From a virus, in the IMG/VR virus record IMGVR_UViG_3300044825_000904, positions 1 through 64,000 of that record: a stretch of 64,000 nucleotides of DNA. One strand, written 5' to 3'. Position 1 is the stretch's first letter. Each line of letters opens with the position of its first letter. The translations under genes were made by a program, and so were the position numbers. The notes beneath the pieces are model-generated. The model worked only from the letters and a program-made list of their open reading frames with translations, was not told where the DNA came from and searched no databases. Shown piece by piece: positions 15,845 through 25,698 of the stretch.

Positions 15845-16066
15845 ATGAATACGACCTTAGAAACGCAATTACAAAAAGCAATGAATATAGTCAATTGGGA
15901 CAATTGGACTGACGACGAGACAAATGAGCCTTTAAAATTAGGTGATGTTTACTATTGCAAACTTGATTGGATTAAAGACCACTTAGAAGATGAAGAGATG
16001 ATAGACATCATTAATGATTTACAAGAGACTATTGTTCCAATTTTAAACGAACTAGATAAATACTAA
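15845..16066 (+). CDS. Acidic hypothetical protein
   Basis: Packed ORF following the junction motif. Confidence 0.6.
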   Translation: MNTTLETQLQKAMNIVNWDNWTDDETNEPLKLGDVYYCKLDWIKDHLEDEEMIDIINDLQETIVPILNELDKY

Positions 16067-16067
16067 C

Positions 16068-16349
16068 ATGACATACAACGAATGGTGCGAGTATGCTCAG
16101 TTCGGGCAGGCTTGCGAATACGATAATCAAATCTTACAATTTGTGGAGCAATACAATAATGCAAAGCATCAGCAATTCTTAGACCAACAAAATAATGATA
16201 GAGCAAATAGACAGATTCAGAGAACTGATAATTTCTGGCACGAAAGGGGGGACATTCTACCTACCGACCGCAACCAAACGTACGGTGCAAATGAAGTTTA
16301 CACGAGATCCGATCACCAAGAAATATATTCTCCAGTGCTACGATGGTAG
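16068..16349 (+). CDS. Hypothetical protein (only the 5' half clearly coding; overlaps the next gene)
   Basis: MTYNEWCEY...; long 3' overlap with 16195-16437. Confidence 0.4.
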   Translation: MTYNEWCEYAQFGQACEYDNQILQFVEQYNNAKHQQFLDQQNNDRANRQIQRTDNFWHERGDILPTDRNQTYGANEVYTRSDHQEIYSPVLRW

Positions 16350-16437
16350 CGATTGGCTATGGACTAGCTACGATAATATCAGTAAGAATTTAATCAGAGA
16401 TTTCGATGAGATTATCTCTCAATATACAGAGCTTTGA
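16195..16437 (+). CDS. Hypothetical protein
   Basis: 80-aa ORF with A-rich initiation region. Confidence 0.55.
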   Translation: MIEQIDRFRELIISGTKGGTFYLPTATKRTVQMKFTRDPITKKYILQCYDGSDWLWTSYDNISKNLIRDFDEIISQYTEL

Positions 16438-16501
16438 AAACAAGAACAATAATTATTTTGTGGATACTGACCATTTTGGTCGCAATAATTGGACATTTAC
16501 T

Positions 16502-16666
16502 ATGAATTCACTATTTAAAATTTCCTATGGGCTATTTGCCTTGGTCCTTTTGTCAGCCTATCTAGGCTACATGACTGCCACCTTTTTATTATTTACTGCC
16601 GGCGTGCTAGTACTAGCACTAGGTGTTTACGTTAATGATTTAAAAAACAATGATAACAGACGTTGA
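16502..16666 (+). CDS. Small 2-TM membrane protein
   Basis: MNSLFKISYGLFALVLLSAYLGYMTATFLLFTAGVLVLALGVYV. Confidence 0.6.
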   Translation: MNSLFKISYGLFALVLLSAYLGYMTATFLLFTAGVLVLALGVYVNDLKNNDNRR

Positions 16667-17006
16667 TGCAATGGACGTTATAGCACGCAAGGTGTGCTAT
16701 CGTCACCGAATTAGAAAGAAAGATATATTTCTCAATACCAGATTCCACCCAGTGGTCAGGGCCCGACAACATTTTTATTTTTTGTTGCACGAGGCAGGCT
16801 TTAAAATATCTGAGATACAAAGATATTGTGAGCGTTACGGCTATCCAGTTGAGCATGCCACAGTTATTTATGGCATCAAGAAGATGAAGGAGTACGAACA
16901 AGAACTAATCAAGGCAGGCAAAAAGAATTTAGTCACTGGTTTATCATTAATTGAGCAGAGACAAGAAGAGCGTGCCATTAAACAAATGCAATTAGATGGA
17001 GAATGA
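16650..17006 (+). CDS. Stand-alone DnaA domain IV-like HTH protein
   Basis: TR...VVRARQ..Y.L......SEI......HATVIYG.KK. Confidence 0.75.
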   Translation: MITDVDAMDVIARKVCYRHRIRKKDIFLNTRFHPVVRARQHFYFLLHEAGFKISEIQRYCERYGYPVEHATVIYGIKKMKEYEQELIKAGKKNLVTGLSLIEQRQEERAIKQMQLDGE

Positions 17007-17126
17007 GAAGTTTAACTGCAAGGAAGTCTCAGAGATTGCCTTCAGACAATTTGTTATTGGTGCTATTATTGGTGTATCAGGTACACTTAGTGCACTGCTT
17101 TGTATTTACATTTTAATTAGACTATC

Positions 17127-17393
17127 ATGACAAAGAAACAAACGGCAATGCAAGAAATGTATTCTGATTTGATACAAAAGCATATTGTGTATACAAAATC
17201 AGGAATGATTAACGAGGCCACGTCTTTAGTATCATCAATTGAATTAGCAGAACACTTAATTAGTAAAGAGAAAGAACAAATAATCGATGCTAATGACTCA
17301 GGATTTGAAGATGGAGTAATGTTTACGCAAATTGGTACTCCAATTTATGATACACCTGAACAATACTATAACAAAACATATGGAAAGATATAG
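17127..17393 (+). CDS. Hypothetical protein (KQTA...EKEQIIDA...YYNKTY family)
   Basis: Paralogous to 27066-27308. Confidence 0.7.
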   Translation: MTKKQTAMQEMYSDLIQKHIVYTKSGMINEATSLVSSIELAEHLISKEKEQIIDANDSGFEDGVMFTQIGTPIYDTPEQYYNKTYGKI

Positions 17394-17664
17394 AATAATA
17401 GAAACCAAAGTACCAGTGTTATCCCAAAACACACAGGGAATTGCAAATTTTGTACCCGAAATTGAATATGAATCAACTTATCATGTGCAAGAATTAGTAA
17501 TAGAAAAATTTTTATGGATGACATTTAAAAGATGGTATGCAGTTCAATTTTATAGAGTATACGGATCTACCGAAGGGACAAGATTCAAATCTATTGAAGT
17601 AGCAAAGAAACATATTGAATTCAGAGAAAAGAAAATAGAAAGAAAAGTTGTATGCAAAGAATAG
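17380..17664 (+). CDS. Hypothetical protein
   Basis: MERYRIIE...; start moved to 17380. Confidence 0.6.
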   Translation: MERYRIIETKVPVLSQNTQGIANFVPEIEYESTYHVQELVIEKFLWMTFKRWYAVQFYRVYGSTEGTRFKSIEVAKKHIEFREKKIERKVVCKE

Positions 17665-17936
17665 CTAGATCCCGAGAAGGATACGAGGAATCCAATACGG
17701 CATGCCCATGGTGTGGGCACGAGCACGATGTGAATGTCTTACGTAAGATATTTGAACGCTCAGGTAACAAGACAACGATGCACACTACCTGCGATGTGTG
17801 TGACAAGCGTATGTTATTGCAACGTCACAAATTAGGTCACTTCAGTTTTTACAAATACATTGACTATAAGAAGAGACGCTTAATTAAATCTGGTCATGTG
17901 CCAGTACCAAGAAATGGGACGCAAGATTACGCCTGA
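17652..17936 (+). CDS. Zn-ribbon protein
   Basis: CPWC...CDVC. Confidence 0.65.
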   Translation: MQRIARSREGYEESNTACPWCGHEHDVNVLRKIFERSGNKTTMHTTCDVCDKRMLLQRHKLGHFSFYKYIDYKKRRLIKSGHVPVPRNGTQDYA

Positions 17937-18174
17937 TGGACTATTGTCCAAGACACGCAGACACCTTCGGGAGAGAGGGTTGCGGTACGCAAGTGTGGTA
18001 GGTGGTAAGAATTTATTGGTGCTTAAAGCATCAGGCGATTACCACTACCTACTCATCCAATTCGATGCTCTGCCTGAGCACTGGTTGGAGCAACAACGCT
18101 ACTTTAACATTAAGATAGCGAGTGCTTTAAATTACGAGCAATTAACTAACGCAATAGACAGATATTTAGTATGA
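17914..18174 (+). CDS. Hypothetical protein
   Basis: Packed ORF. Confidence 0.55.
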   Translation: MGRKITPDGLLSKTRRHLRERGLRYASVVGGKNLLVLKASGDYHYLLIQFDALPEHWLEQQRYFNIKIASALNYEQLTNAIDRYLV

Positions 18175-18362
18175 CACAAGAAGAATCAGAAAAAGAATAC
18201 AAGGCAGATAGTCTAGTTATTATTATAAAAACTAAGGATGATACATATCATCAAGTAGCATTAAATAAAAAAGAAGTAGCATTAGTATTTGGTTTAATAG
18301 ATCAGATGCACAATGGAGTAGTAAAAGTTTTAGAAGAAAAAATTAATTACTTAACATTTTAA
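18171..18362 (+). CDS. Hypothetical protein
   Basis: ATGA-coupled ORF. Confidence 0.6.
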   Translation: MTQEESEKEYKADSLVIIIKTKDDTYHQVALNKKEVALVFGLIDQMHNGVVKVLEEKINYLTF

Positions 18363-18373
18363 ACAACAAAACA

Positions 18374-18637
18374 ATGCCAGAATTTAATCACGATGTTGAA
18401 ATAGATATCTCTCCGTGGGAGTACGTAAGAGAATGTTCAGATAGCGAAATTAAAGAATTGCTTGAAGAAATTAGAGATAAAGGGTATAACATACCTAATG
18501 GTATTTTTAGAGATACTCATAAGTTAAGTGTCAGGGAAATTGAATTTGAGGATGCAATTGAAAAGATTAACTTAAACTACCTTAGATTATCTTATGAACA
18601 AGAAGAATACATTTTAAATTTATCTAAATCATTATGA
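18374..18637 (+). CDS. Hypothetical protein
   Basis: Starts within TAAACAACAAAACAATG. Confidence 0.65.
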   Translation: MPEFNHDVEIDISPWEYVRECSDSEIKELLEEIRDKGYNIPNGIFRDTHKLSVREIEFEDAIEKINLNYLRLSYEQEEYILNLSKSL

Positions 18638-19134
18638 AAAAGAAAATTTGCATTATCGGTCATGCAAGGCATGGGAAAGACACTGTTGCTGAGTTTATTA
18701 ACAAGCATTATGGGTACAAAAGTGAGAGTAGTTCGCAAGCTGCATCAAGATTGTTTTTATTTGATGCTTTAAAGGAAAAGTATGGATACAAAACCGAGGA
18801 AGAATGTTTTGAGGACAGGGTAAATCATAGAGCTGAATGGTTCGACATGATTTGCGAATACAACAAAGACTATCCCGGTCAACTAGCTAAAGATATCATG
18901 AATCACAACCAAATTTATACTGGTATGCGTAGTGATAAAGAACTAGATGCTTGCTTACGTGATGGCATATTTGATTTAGTTATTGGAGTGTACGACCCAC
19001 GCAAACAAGATGAACCTTTGGATTCTTTTGATATCAATATATTACGAAAGTCACATATTATTATACCTAATTCAGGTGATTTATTTGATTTAGAGAATAG
19101 AGTTATCTTATTAAAAGAACTTTTTGAGAAATAA
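18634..19134 (+). CDS. Deoxynucleoside monophosphate kinase-like P-loop protein
   Basis: ICIIGHARHGKDT Walker A; GMR...E; IIIPNSG. Confidence 0.75.
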   Translation: MKKKICIIGHARHGKDTVAEFINKHYGYKSESSSQAASRLFLFDALKEKYGYKTEEECFEDRVNHRAEWFDMICEYNKDYPGQLAKDIMNHNQIYTGMRSDKELDACLRDGIFDLVIGVYDPRKQDEPLDSFDINILRKSHIIIPNSGDLFDLENRVILLKELFEK

Positions 19135-19139
19135 TTTTT

Positions 19140-19169
19140 TTGTAAATATCAATTTTAATTTTATCTTTG
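19140..19169 (+). promoter_or_regulatory. Bacteroidota-type promoter for recombination/replication genes
   Basis: TTG (19140-42)-N19-TATCTTTG (19162-69). Confidence 0.75.
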
Positions 19170-19193
19170 TCGCTCACTTTAACTTAATCTAAT

Positions 19194-19787
19194 ATGTCTA
19201 ACAAATCAGTGTTCGAGCAGTTATCTGCTCTCAACCTCTCATCCAAAGTCGAGAAGAGGGGTCAATTATCTTACCTTTCTTGGGCTACTGCTTGGGCAGA
19301 ATGCAAGAAATTATTCCCTGACATGACACGTACGGTGTACGAATCAGAGACTGGGATGAATTACTTTTCAGATGGGGCTACGGCTTGGGTCAAGGTTGGT
19401 GTTACCATCAATGGCTTGGAGTACATTGACTATCTACCAGTAATGAATCACATGAACAAGTCTATCCCACTAGCTAGTCTTACATCGTTCGATGTGAACA
19501 AAACTATTCAGCGTTCCACGGTTAAGGCGTTGGCATTACACGGCTTGGCTCTTAACATCTATGCCAAAGAAGATTTCCCTGAGGCAACCGATGGCACTCC
19601 TGCTAAGGTGGTGGCTAAACCTGCAGGCAAGATTGCTCTTGTGGTAGGGGATGCGAACTGGGAGAAAGTAGTCAACTATGTTGTCGATAACATAGGGCTA
19701 AAGTCTGAGGATGTGTTCAAGAACTTATCCAAGAAGTATGAGTTATCAGATCAAGTCAAGTCAGCAATCAATAAACTTAAGAAGTAA
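19194..19787 (+). CDS. Sak/Sak3-type ssDNA annealing protein (DUF1071)
   Basis: VEK...LSYLSWA.AW; VKVGVTI; LPVM...NK; NKTIQR..VKA.A.HGL.L.IYA.ED. Confidence 0.85.
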   Translation: MSNKSVFEQLSALNLSSKVEKRGQLSYLSWATAWAECKKLFPDMTRTVYESETGMNYFSDGATAWVKVGVTINGLEYIDYLPVMNHMNKSIPLASLTSFDVNKTIQRSTVKALALHGLALNIYAKEDFPEATDGTPAKVVAKPAGKIALVVGDANWEKVVNYVVDNIGLKSEDVFKNLSKKYELSDQVKSAINKLKK

Positions 19788-20182
19788 TGGAGAATGTATT
19801 TAAAAAAGGAGATAAGGTGTTTCATTATTTATATAAATGGGGAACCGTCACAAATGATTATAAAATAAATAATTCAGGTGATTTTTATGTAGAAGTTAAA
19901 TTTGATAATAGTAGTCAAAATTATTTTCAAAATCTTAAAGATGCATTTCTGCTATCTTTTACCGAATATACACTTGAAGGATTCAGCCAAGAGCGACCTG
20001 AAGAATTACCTAAGAAAGGTCAGATTGTATGGGGAAGAGATAAAGATTATCAAAATTGGCACATATATCATTTTTCACATAAATCAGATGATGGTTTATA
20101 TCATTTATCAAGTGATAATTCAAGAAGTGCATATATTTTAAAACAAATAACAACTGAAAATCCATACGCAAATGAGAAATAA
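19787..20182 (+). CDS. Hypothetical protein (FK.GDKVF...LSFTEY.L.GF family)
   Basis: Paralogous to 21828-22127. Confidence 0.7.
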   Translation: MENVFKKGDKVFHYLYKWGTVTNDYKINNSGDFYVEVKFDNSSQNYFQNLKDAFLLSFTEYTLEGFSQERPEELPKKGQIVWGRDKDYQNWHIYHFSHKSDDGLYHLSSDNSRSAYILKQITTENPYANEK

Positions 20183-20906
20183 CATCTTAGAAACATTGAA
20201 AAACGATTCAGAATACTATTCTGGAATTGGTAAGCAGTACCTATCTAACTCAGACATCGGAGCTCTATTGTACAACCCTACGCAGTATGGTGTGCCGAAA
20301 GAAAAGACTCCTGCTATGCTTGCAGGGTCTTACTTTCACACGTTCATCCTTGAGCCTGAGAAGTTAAAGAACTTTATGGCAGTGGAGGCATCGACACGTA
20401 CGACTAACTTGTACAAAGATGCGTTAGCCTCCTCAGGTGCTGACATGTTATTACTTCAGAAAGAAGTTGATGATTGTGAACGCATGGCTAAGGCATTGAT
20501 GGGAAACCTAACGTTTTACGATATGATCCGTGACTCAGCTAATGCGTACGAGGTTCCGGCAATCGGTGAGATTGGTGGCGTACAATGGAAAGGTAAGTCG
20601 GATATTGTAGGTGATGAGATTCTTATTGACCTAAAGACCACTGCTAACCTTGATGACTTTAAATTCTCTGCACGTAAGTATAACTACGACTCGCAGGCTT
20701 ACATCTACAACCAATTATTCGGTAAGCCTATGGTGTTTATCGCAGTAGAGAAAGATAGCTGTCGTACGGGCTTGTTTGAATGCTCAGATGAGTTCTTAGA
20801 TCGTGGCAGAGAGAAGGTCTACAAGGCCATCGAGGTGTACCAAAAGTTCTTCGGGCCAAATGCGACCGATGACATTACTCAGTATTTTAAATTAGAAACG
20901 CTATGA
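20172..20906 (+). CDS. RecE/ExoVIII-like PD-(D/E)XK exonuclease (DUF3799-like)
   Basis: LSNSDI; GS.FH..ILEP; KGKSD...IDLKTT; YNYDSQA..Y. Confidence 0.85.
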   Translation: MRNNILETLKNDSEYYSGIGKQYLSNSDIGALLYNPTQYGVPKEKTPAMLAGSYFHTFILEPEKLKNFMAVEASTRTTNLYKDALASSGADMLLLQKEVDDCERMAKALMGNLTFYDMIRDSANAYEVPAIGEIGGVQWKGKSDIVGDEILIDLKTTANLDDFKFSARKYNYDSQAYIYNQLFGKPMVFIAVEKDSCRTGLFECSDEFLDRGREKVYKAIEVYQKFFGPNATDDITQYFKLETL

Positions 20907-21057
20907 TAAAATTTATCATAAAGGAACAAATAATGTTTGGTGAGATTTACTACAATATTTACATTAGATTTTTTTGGTTTATTGATGTATTTTATGAAAG
21001 GTGGAATACATATGAAAGTGCAAATCTTCGGTTAAGTGAATTAAATAAAACAAACAT

Positions 21058-21258
21058 ATGACACCTAAAAAAACATATACTCTTTTATATAAAAAAGATA
21101 TCTATTCCATTGATGCAGATTATTTCGTGGAGCATTATGAAGGAAATAGACTTTCATTTTTTACAGGGAAAGAAACATATATTCATATGACAATGAATCC
21201 ATTAGTCGCATCCTTTCCGTTAAAAAAAACAGCAATAGTTAAAATAGTAAACAATTAA
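21058..21258 (+). CDS. Hypothetical protein
   Basis: 66-aa ORF. Confidence 0.55.
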   Translation: MTPKKTYTLLYKKDIYSIDADYFVEHYEGNRLSFFTGKETYIHMTMNPLVASFPLKKTAIVKIVNN

Positions 21259-21272
21259 ACAAACAATAAATT

Positions 21273-21581
21273 ATGGCACAATTATTTTCAGCATCATTAG
21301 ATGTAAAAAAAATCACTAAATCTAAATTAGTGGAAGGTAAGAAAGGTACTTACGCAAATGTAACTATCTCGATTAATGACGAGGCAGACCAGTATGGTAA
21401 CACTGCTAGTATTTATGAGTCTCAAACACAAGAAGAACGTGAGGCTAAAGCCCCTAAAGTTTACTTAGGTAATGCAAAGCTAGTATGGTCATCTGATGGT
21501 GGCTCTACGGCCAAGCAAAGTGCACCTGCTCCAGCTCCTGCACCAACTCCAACGGTGGAAGAACAAGACCTTCCTTTTTAA
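21273..21581 (+). CDS. Phage single-stranded DNA-binding protein
   Basis: DQYGN...YLGN core, Pro/Ala linker, acidic DLPF tail. Confidence 0.75.
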   Translation: MAQLFSASLDVKKITKSKLVEGKKGTYANVTISINDEADQYGNTASIYESQTQEEREAKAPKVYLGNAKLVWSSDGGSTAKQSAPAPAPAPTPTVEEQDLPF

Positions 21582-21599
21582 AATGGAAGTTTTCTAAAC

Positions 21600-21815
21600 T
21601 ACCGTTCTAGTGTACAAATGAACAAAATATGTGGGACTTAGATGAATATATATTTTTTCTTTTTAGATAAATTATTTTTTTCTCTTTTCTTATATATTTT
21701 GTTCACTTTGTACATAATCAAAGAGTAATAAATATAACTTATTATAAATCAGTAAGTTATAAATGTAAACTTTAAAAAAAAGTGTACACTTTTTCGTGTA
21801 CAAATGTAAACTTTA
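21600..21815. other. AT-rich origin-like region 2 upstream of primase
   Basis: TGTACA x4, AATGTAAACTT x2, AATCAGTAAGTTA at 21747-21759. Confidence 0.5.
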
Positions 21816-21827
21816 ACTTAAAACGAC

Positions 21828-22127
21828 ATGGAAAGATTTAAAGCAGGTGATAAAGTATTCGATATAAGATATGGTTGGGGGGAAGTTGGAAGAGTAGCAA
21901 CAGATGATTACGTATATGTTTTTTTTGATGATATATCTCTTTGGTATAGAGGTGAAGGTTCTCGAATTCTTTCATTTACTGAATACGCATTGCAAGGATT
22001 TACCGCTGAAAGGTTAGAACCTAATTGGGATTCGATTTATAAGGATTGGTCTAATGATGGCAGCGACCTTAAATACAGAGAATATTTAGCTATAAACTTC
22101 GAACCACCAGTACGCAAATGCAAGTAA
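21828..22127 (+). CDS. Hypothetical protein (paralogue of 19787-20182)
   Basis: FKAGDKVF...GWG.V...LSFTEYALQGF. Confidence 0.7.
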   Translation: MERFKAGDKVFDIRYGWGEVGRVATDDYVYVFFDDISLWYRGEGSRILSFTEYALQGFTAERLEPNWDSIYKDWSNDGSDLKYREYLAINFEPPVRKCK

Positions 22128-24496
22128 CTATTTTTTCTAACATAAAAGAGACATCTGTCCCATTCTACCGGGATGTCTTGGCTATACTCTCAAGAGTCAA
22201 GGAGGGTAAGTCCAAAGACATTGTCCGCAAGATTAGATTGGAGAAAGATAAGGAGCTACGTAACAAGCTCAAGCAAGAGTTGCCTGCGATATGTTTCTCA
22301 GGTACGTTCTCTAAGCGTGAAGACTCGGCTCTTATGGAGCATAGTGGTCTGATATGTTTAGACTTCGATAACTTCCCATCAAGTGATGAGATACTAGCCA
22401 AGAAAGATGAACTGGCTAATGACCCTTATACGTTTTCAGTTTTTATATCACCATCAGGTAATGGCCTGAAGGTATTGGTTAAGATACCAAAGGATGCAAG
22501 CAAGCACAAGTCATTCTTCAATGCACTGGAGGCTTACTATAACTGCGAGCAGTTTGATAAGACATCCAAGAATGTGTCACGTGTGTGCTACGAGTCATAC
22601 GATCCGACCATCTTTGTTAATGTAAACTCTATTGAGTGGAACAAGGTGGATGATGCAGAGATTGAGCACGTGACTAAAGACATGAGACCAACCATCCCTA
22701 TCGATGATGAGAACGAAATCATTAATAGACTTGCTAAATGGTGGGACAATAAGTTTGGCTTCGTGTCAGGTGCACGCAACAATAATTTGTTCGTGCTTGC
22801 TATGGCGTTCAACGAGTATGGCGTATCTAAGTCTGAGGCGATGTATCGTATGATGGCGTTCGCATCGGAAGACTTTACAACCAAGGAGATTCAGGGTATC
22901 ATTGACTCAGCTTATCGTCATACAGACAAGTATGCTACCAAGTACTTTGAGGATACATCACGTGTTGACTTTGCAAAGAATCAACTTAGCCGTGGCGTGC
23001 CAAAAAAAGACATCCGTTCTCAATTGAAAGCCTCCGGAGTGGAGGACGGAACGATTGATTCAGTACTAACTAGAATCGAGGAGGAGCAAAGCAAGAATAC
23101 ATTCTGGACTAAGAGTGACAAGGGTGTGGTGACATTGATACACTACGAACTAAAGACATTCTTAGAAAACAATGGGTATCGCAAGTATGTACCTGAGGGT
23201 AACAAGGGTTTCATCTTTGTACGTATTAATCAAAACTTAATTGAGATGTGTACTGAGGATGACATCAAGGACTTTGTGTTAAACCATATCCTTAATAACT
23301 TCCAGGACCTAAGCGTATATAATTACTTTGCTGACAAGACTCGCTTCTTCAGGGAGGACTTCTTGTCTATGCTTGACTCGGTCAACATCTACTTTGTAGA
23401 GGACACAAAGGATGAGGCGTACCTATACTTCAAGAATGGTGTGGTCAAGGTGACTAAGAATCAAACTGTCCTATTAAACTATGAGGACTTAGGTGGCTAC
23501 GTTTGGTCAGACCAAGTTATCCAACGTGACTTCATATTCTGTCCTGCAGATGAGTGTGATTACAAAACATTCATTCGCAACATCGGTGGCAATGATGACC
23601 AACGTGTGGCATCCATCGAGTCAACCATTGGCTTCATCCTTCATGCATTTAAGAATGGTGGCTACTGCCCTGCGGTAATCATTAATGATGAGGTGATATC
23701 GGAGAATCCTGAGGGAGGTACTGGTAAGGGTCTATTTATGAACGGCATAAGTCGCATGAAGAAGGCAGTCACCATTGATGGTAAATCATTCTCATTTGAT
23801 AAGTCTTTTGCTTATCAGTTAGTTAGCACAGACACGCAGGTGTTGGTGTTTGATGATGTGAAGAAGAACTTTGACTTTGAGCGTTTATTCTCTGTGGTTA
23901 CTGAGGGTATCACGGTTGAGCGTAAGAACAAGGATGCAATTAAGATTCCATTCCATAAGTCACCAAAGGTTGTCATCACTACTAACTATGCTATCCAAGG
24001 TAAAGGTAACTCATTTGAGAGGCGTAAGTGGGAGATGGAGTTCAAGCAATTCTATTCTAAAGACTTCACACCTCAGGATGAGTTTGGTCGATTGTTGTTC
24101 AATGATTGGAGCCAAGATGATTGGTGTGCGTTCGACAACTATATGATCAAAGTATTGCAAGGGTACCTGAATACTGGTCTAGTTAAATGTAACTTTGTGA
24201 ACCTTAAAGAACGCAAGTTCAGGGCAGAGACTAACGCTGAGTTTGCTGAGTGGGCTCACGAGTTTGGGCCATCATTCATACCGATGAATCAGCGATTCAG
24301 ACCTGATGATGTGTTCGATAAGTTCATAGCGGATAACAACGGCATGTTCCGTATGCTATCTAAGCAACGATTTAATTCGTGGCTACGTACCTACTGCTTG
24401 CATATGACAGGAAGCAACCCTGTAGAGGGTCGTGATGGTGCAGGGAAGTGGATGGTGTTCCCATTAAAAGAAGATAAACAATTAGAACTATTATAA
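22118..24496 (+). CDS. Primase-helicase (BT4734/VirE-N primase-polymerase + PriCT + SF3-like helicase)
   Basis: KQELPAI.FSG.F; SGLICLDFD; FISPSGNGLK; GARNNNLF; GGTGKG Walker A; VFDD; TTNY. Confidence 0.88.
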   Translation: MQVTIFSNIKETSVPFYRDVLAILSRVKEGKSKDIVRKIRLEKDKELRNKLKQELPAICFSGTFSKREDSALMEHSGLICLDFDNFPSSDEILAKKDELANDPYTFSVFISPSGNGLKVLVKIPKDASKHKSFFNALEAYYNCEQFDKTSKNVSRVCYESYDPTIFVNVNSIEWNKVDDAEIEHVTKDMRPTIPIDDENEIINRLAKWWDNKFGFVSGARNNNLFVLAMAFNEYGVSKSEAMYRMMAFASEDFTTKEIQGIIDSAYRHTDKYATKYFEDTSRVDFAKNQLSRGVPKKDIRSQLKASGVEDGTIDSVLTRIEEEQSKNTFWTKSDKGVVTLIHYELKTFLENNGYRKYVPEGNKGFIFVRINQNLIEMCTEDDIKDFVLNHILNNFQDLSVYNYFADKTRFFREDFLSMLDSVNIYFVEDTKDEAYLYFKNGVVKVTKNQTVLLNYEDLGGYVWSDQVIQRDFIFCPADECDYKTFIRNIGGNDDQRVASIESTIGFILHAFKNGGYCPAVIINDEVISENPEGGTGKGLFMNGISRMKKAVTIDGKSFSFDKSFAYQLVSTDTQVLVFDDVKKNFDFERLFSVVTEGITVERKNKDAIKIPFHKSPKVVITTNYAIQGKGNSFERRKWEMEFKQFYSKDFTPQDEFGRLLFNDWSQDDWCAFDNYMIKVLQGYLNTGLVKCNFVNLKERKFRAETNAEFAEWAHEFGPSFIPMNQRFRPDDVFDKFIADNNGMFRMLSKQRFNSWLRTYCLHMTGSNPVEGRDGAGKWMVFPLKEDKQLELL

Positions 24497-24641
24497 TGAG
24501 CATACTTAAAAAGATGAAGAAGCAGTGGTATAAAATAAATAAAGATAACATTGAGGTCATCAAAGAACAGAGAGACGTAAGAGAATTGCAAAAGTTCATT
24601 AAAGAAATTCAACAACTTTATAGTATTAAATCTTATAATAA

Positions 24642-25040
24642 ATGAATGATTCAGAAAGACTAGGTCGAATTGAAATGGCTATTATTGGAATACCATTACA
24701 TTATGAAAACCTAAAACAAATAGAAGAAATGAAACTAGAAATGTTTGAAAAATTGTACGATAAAATAACAAAAAACAAAGAAAAATATAGGATACAAGAA
24801 AACTATAATGGATTTGTTGCTCAGGTAAAATTAGTAGGAGATACTTGGTATAGAGATATTCATAGTAGCTGTCCATTATCTCATCATACTTTAGATCACC
24901 CATTAGATTCAAGTAATTACGTAGATTCATTTGATAAAGCTAAAGATGTTATTGAAGCAAGAAAGAAAGCGATTAAAGATAGGCAAGCCTTTTGGGATGC
25001 AAATCGCAAACCAGAACCAAAATATCATAACATAGACTAA
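24642..25040 (+). CDS. Hypothetical protein
   Basis: 132-aa ORF. Confidence 0.6.
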   Translation: MNDSERLGRIEMAIIGIPLHYENLKQIEEMKLEMFEKLYDKITKNKEKYRIQENYNGFVAQVKLVGDTWYRDIHSSCPLSHHTLDHPLDSSNYVDSFDKAKDVIEARKKAIKDRQAFWDANRKPEPKYHNID

Positions 25041-25041
25041 C

Positions 25042-25698
25042 ATGCCATACTTAAATCATAATATCCCAACACTAACTTGCTTCATTAGAAATGAGTTCTT
25101 GTTTAACCATACCAAAGGACATGGAGAGCACACATTGTGTGACGTTCACTCGGTCGCATCAATAGAGAAGAGAACGCCTTTGTTTGAGGCATTCTTGGAG
25201 AACGGAGTCAACTGGACACGTAGACCTATTCACGCATTCTGTTGGAGAAAAGATGCAGAGGAGCTACCACTGACTGAGTACATGTATTGGGACTGCTTTA
25301 GTTCATACGTAGATGTTCAGGTAAGAGCAAGAATGTCAGGACTGAGAGCAGATTTGCTGTCCATCTCAGGGATCAAGAGACAAGGCACGTACTTGTTTAC
25401 ATTGGACTGGGCATTTGAGAACAGAAGTATGTTAGATACCAACTTCTCTGAGACACCTGAGCATAAGTGTGGTCATGTATTCAAGATGGACAATGGCAAT
25501 TACTTTATCTACCCAAACAATAGAATTATTTGGATGGATAACGCTTGGACTTATAACAGAATAGATAAGAATCCAGGCTATCAAATTGATATGTCGGTTT
25601 ATTCTATTGAGAATAAGGCAGGATACGAGACAGATTATAGTTACCTAACAGAATTTAAACCACAAGACAATGCCAATATACACAGGATATTCAGATGA
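25042..25698 (+). CDS. Conserved phage hypothetical protein
   Basis: YLN.NIP...WDCFS...YLFTLDW...EHKC.H...NGN...PNNR. Confidence 0.8.
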   Translation: MPYLNHNIPTLTCFIRNEFLFNHTKGHGEHTLCDVHSVASIEKRTPLFEAFLENGVNWTRRPIHAFCWRKDAEELPLTEYMYWDCFSSYVDVQVRARMSGLRADLLSISGIKRQGTYLFTLDWAFENRSMLDTNFSETPEHKCGHVFKMDNGNYFIYPNNRIIWMDNAWTYNRIDKNPGYQIDMSVYSIENKAGYETDYSYLTEFKPQDNANIHRIFR

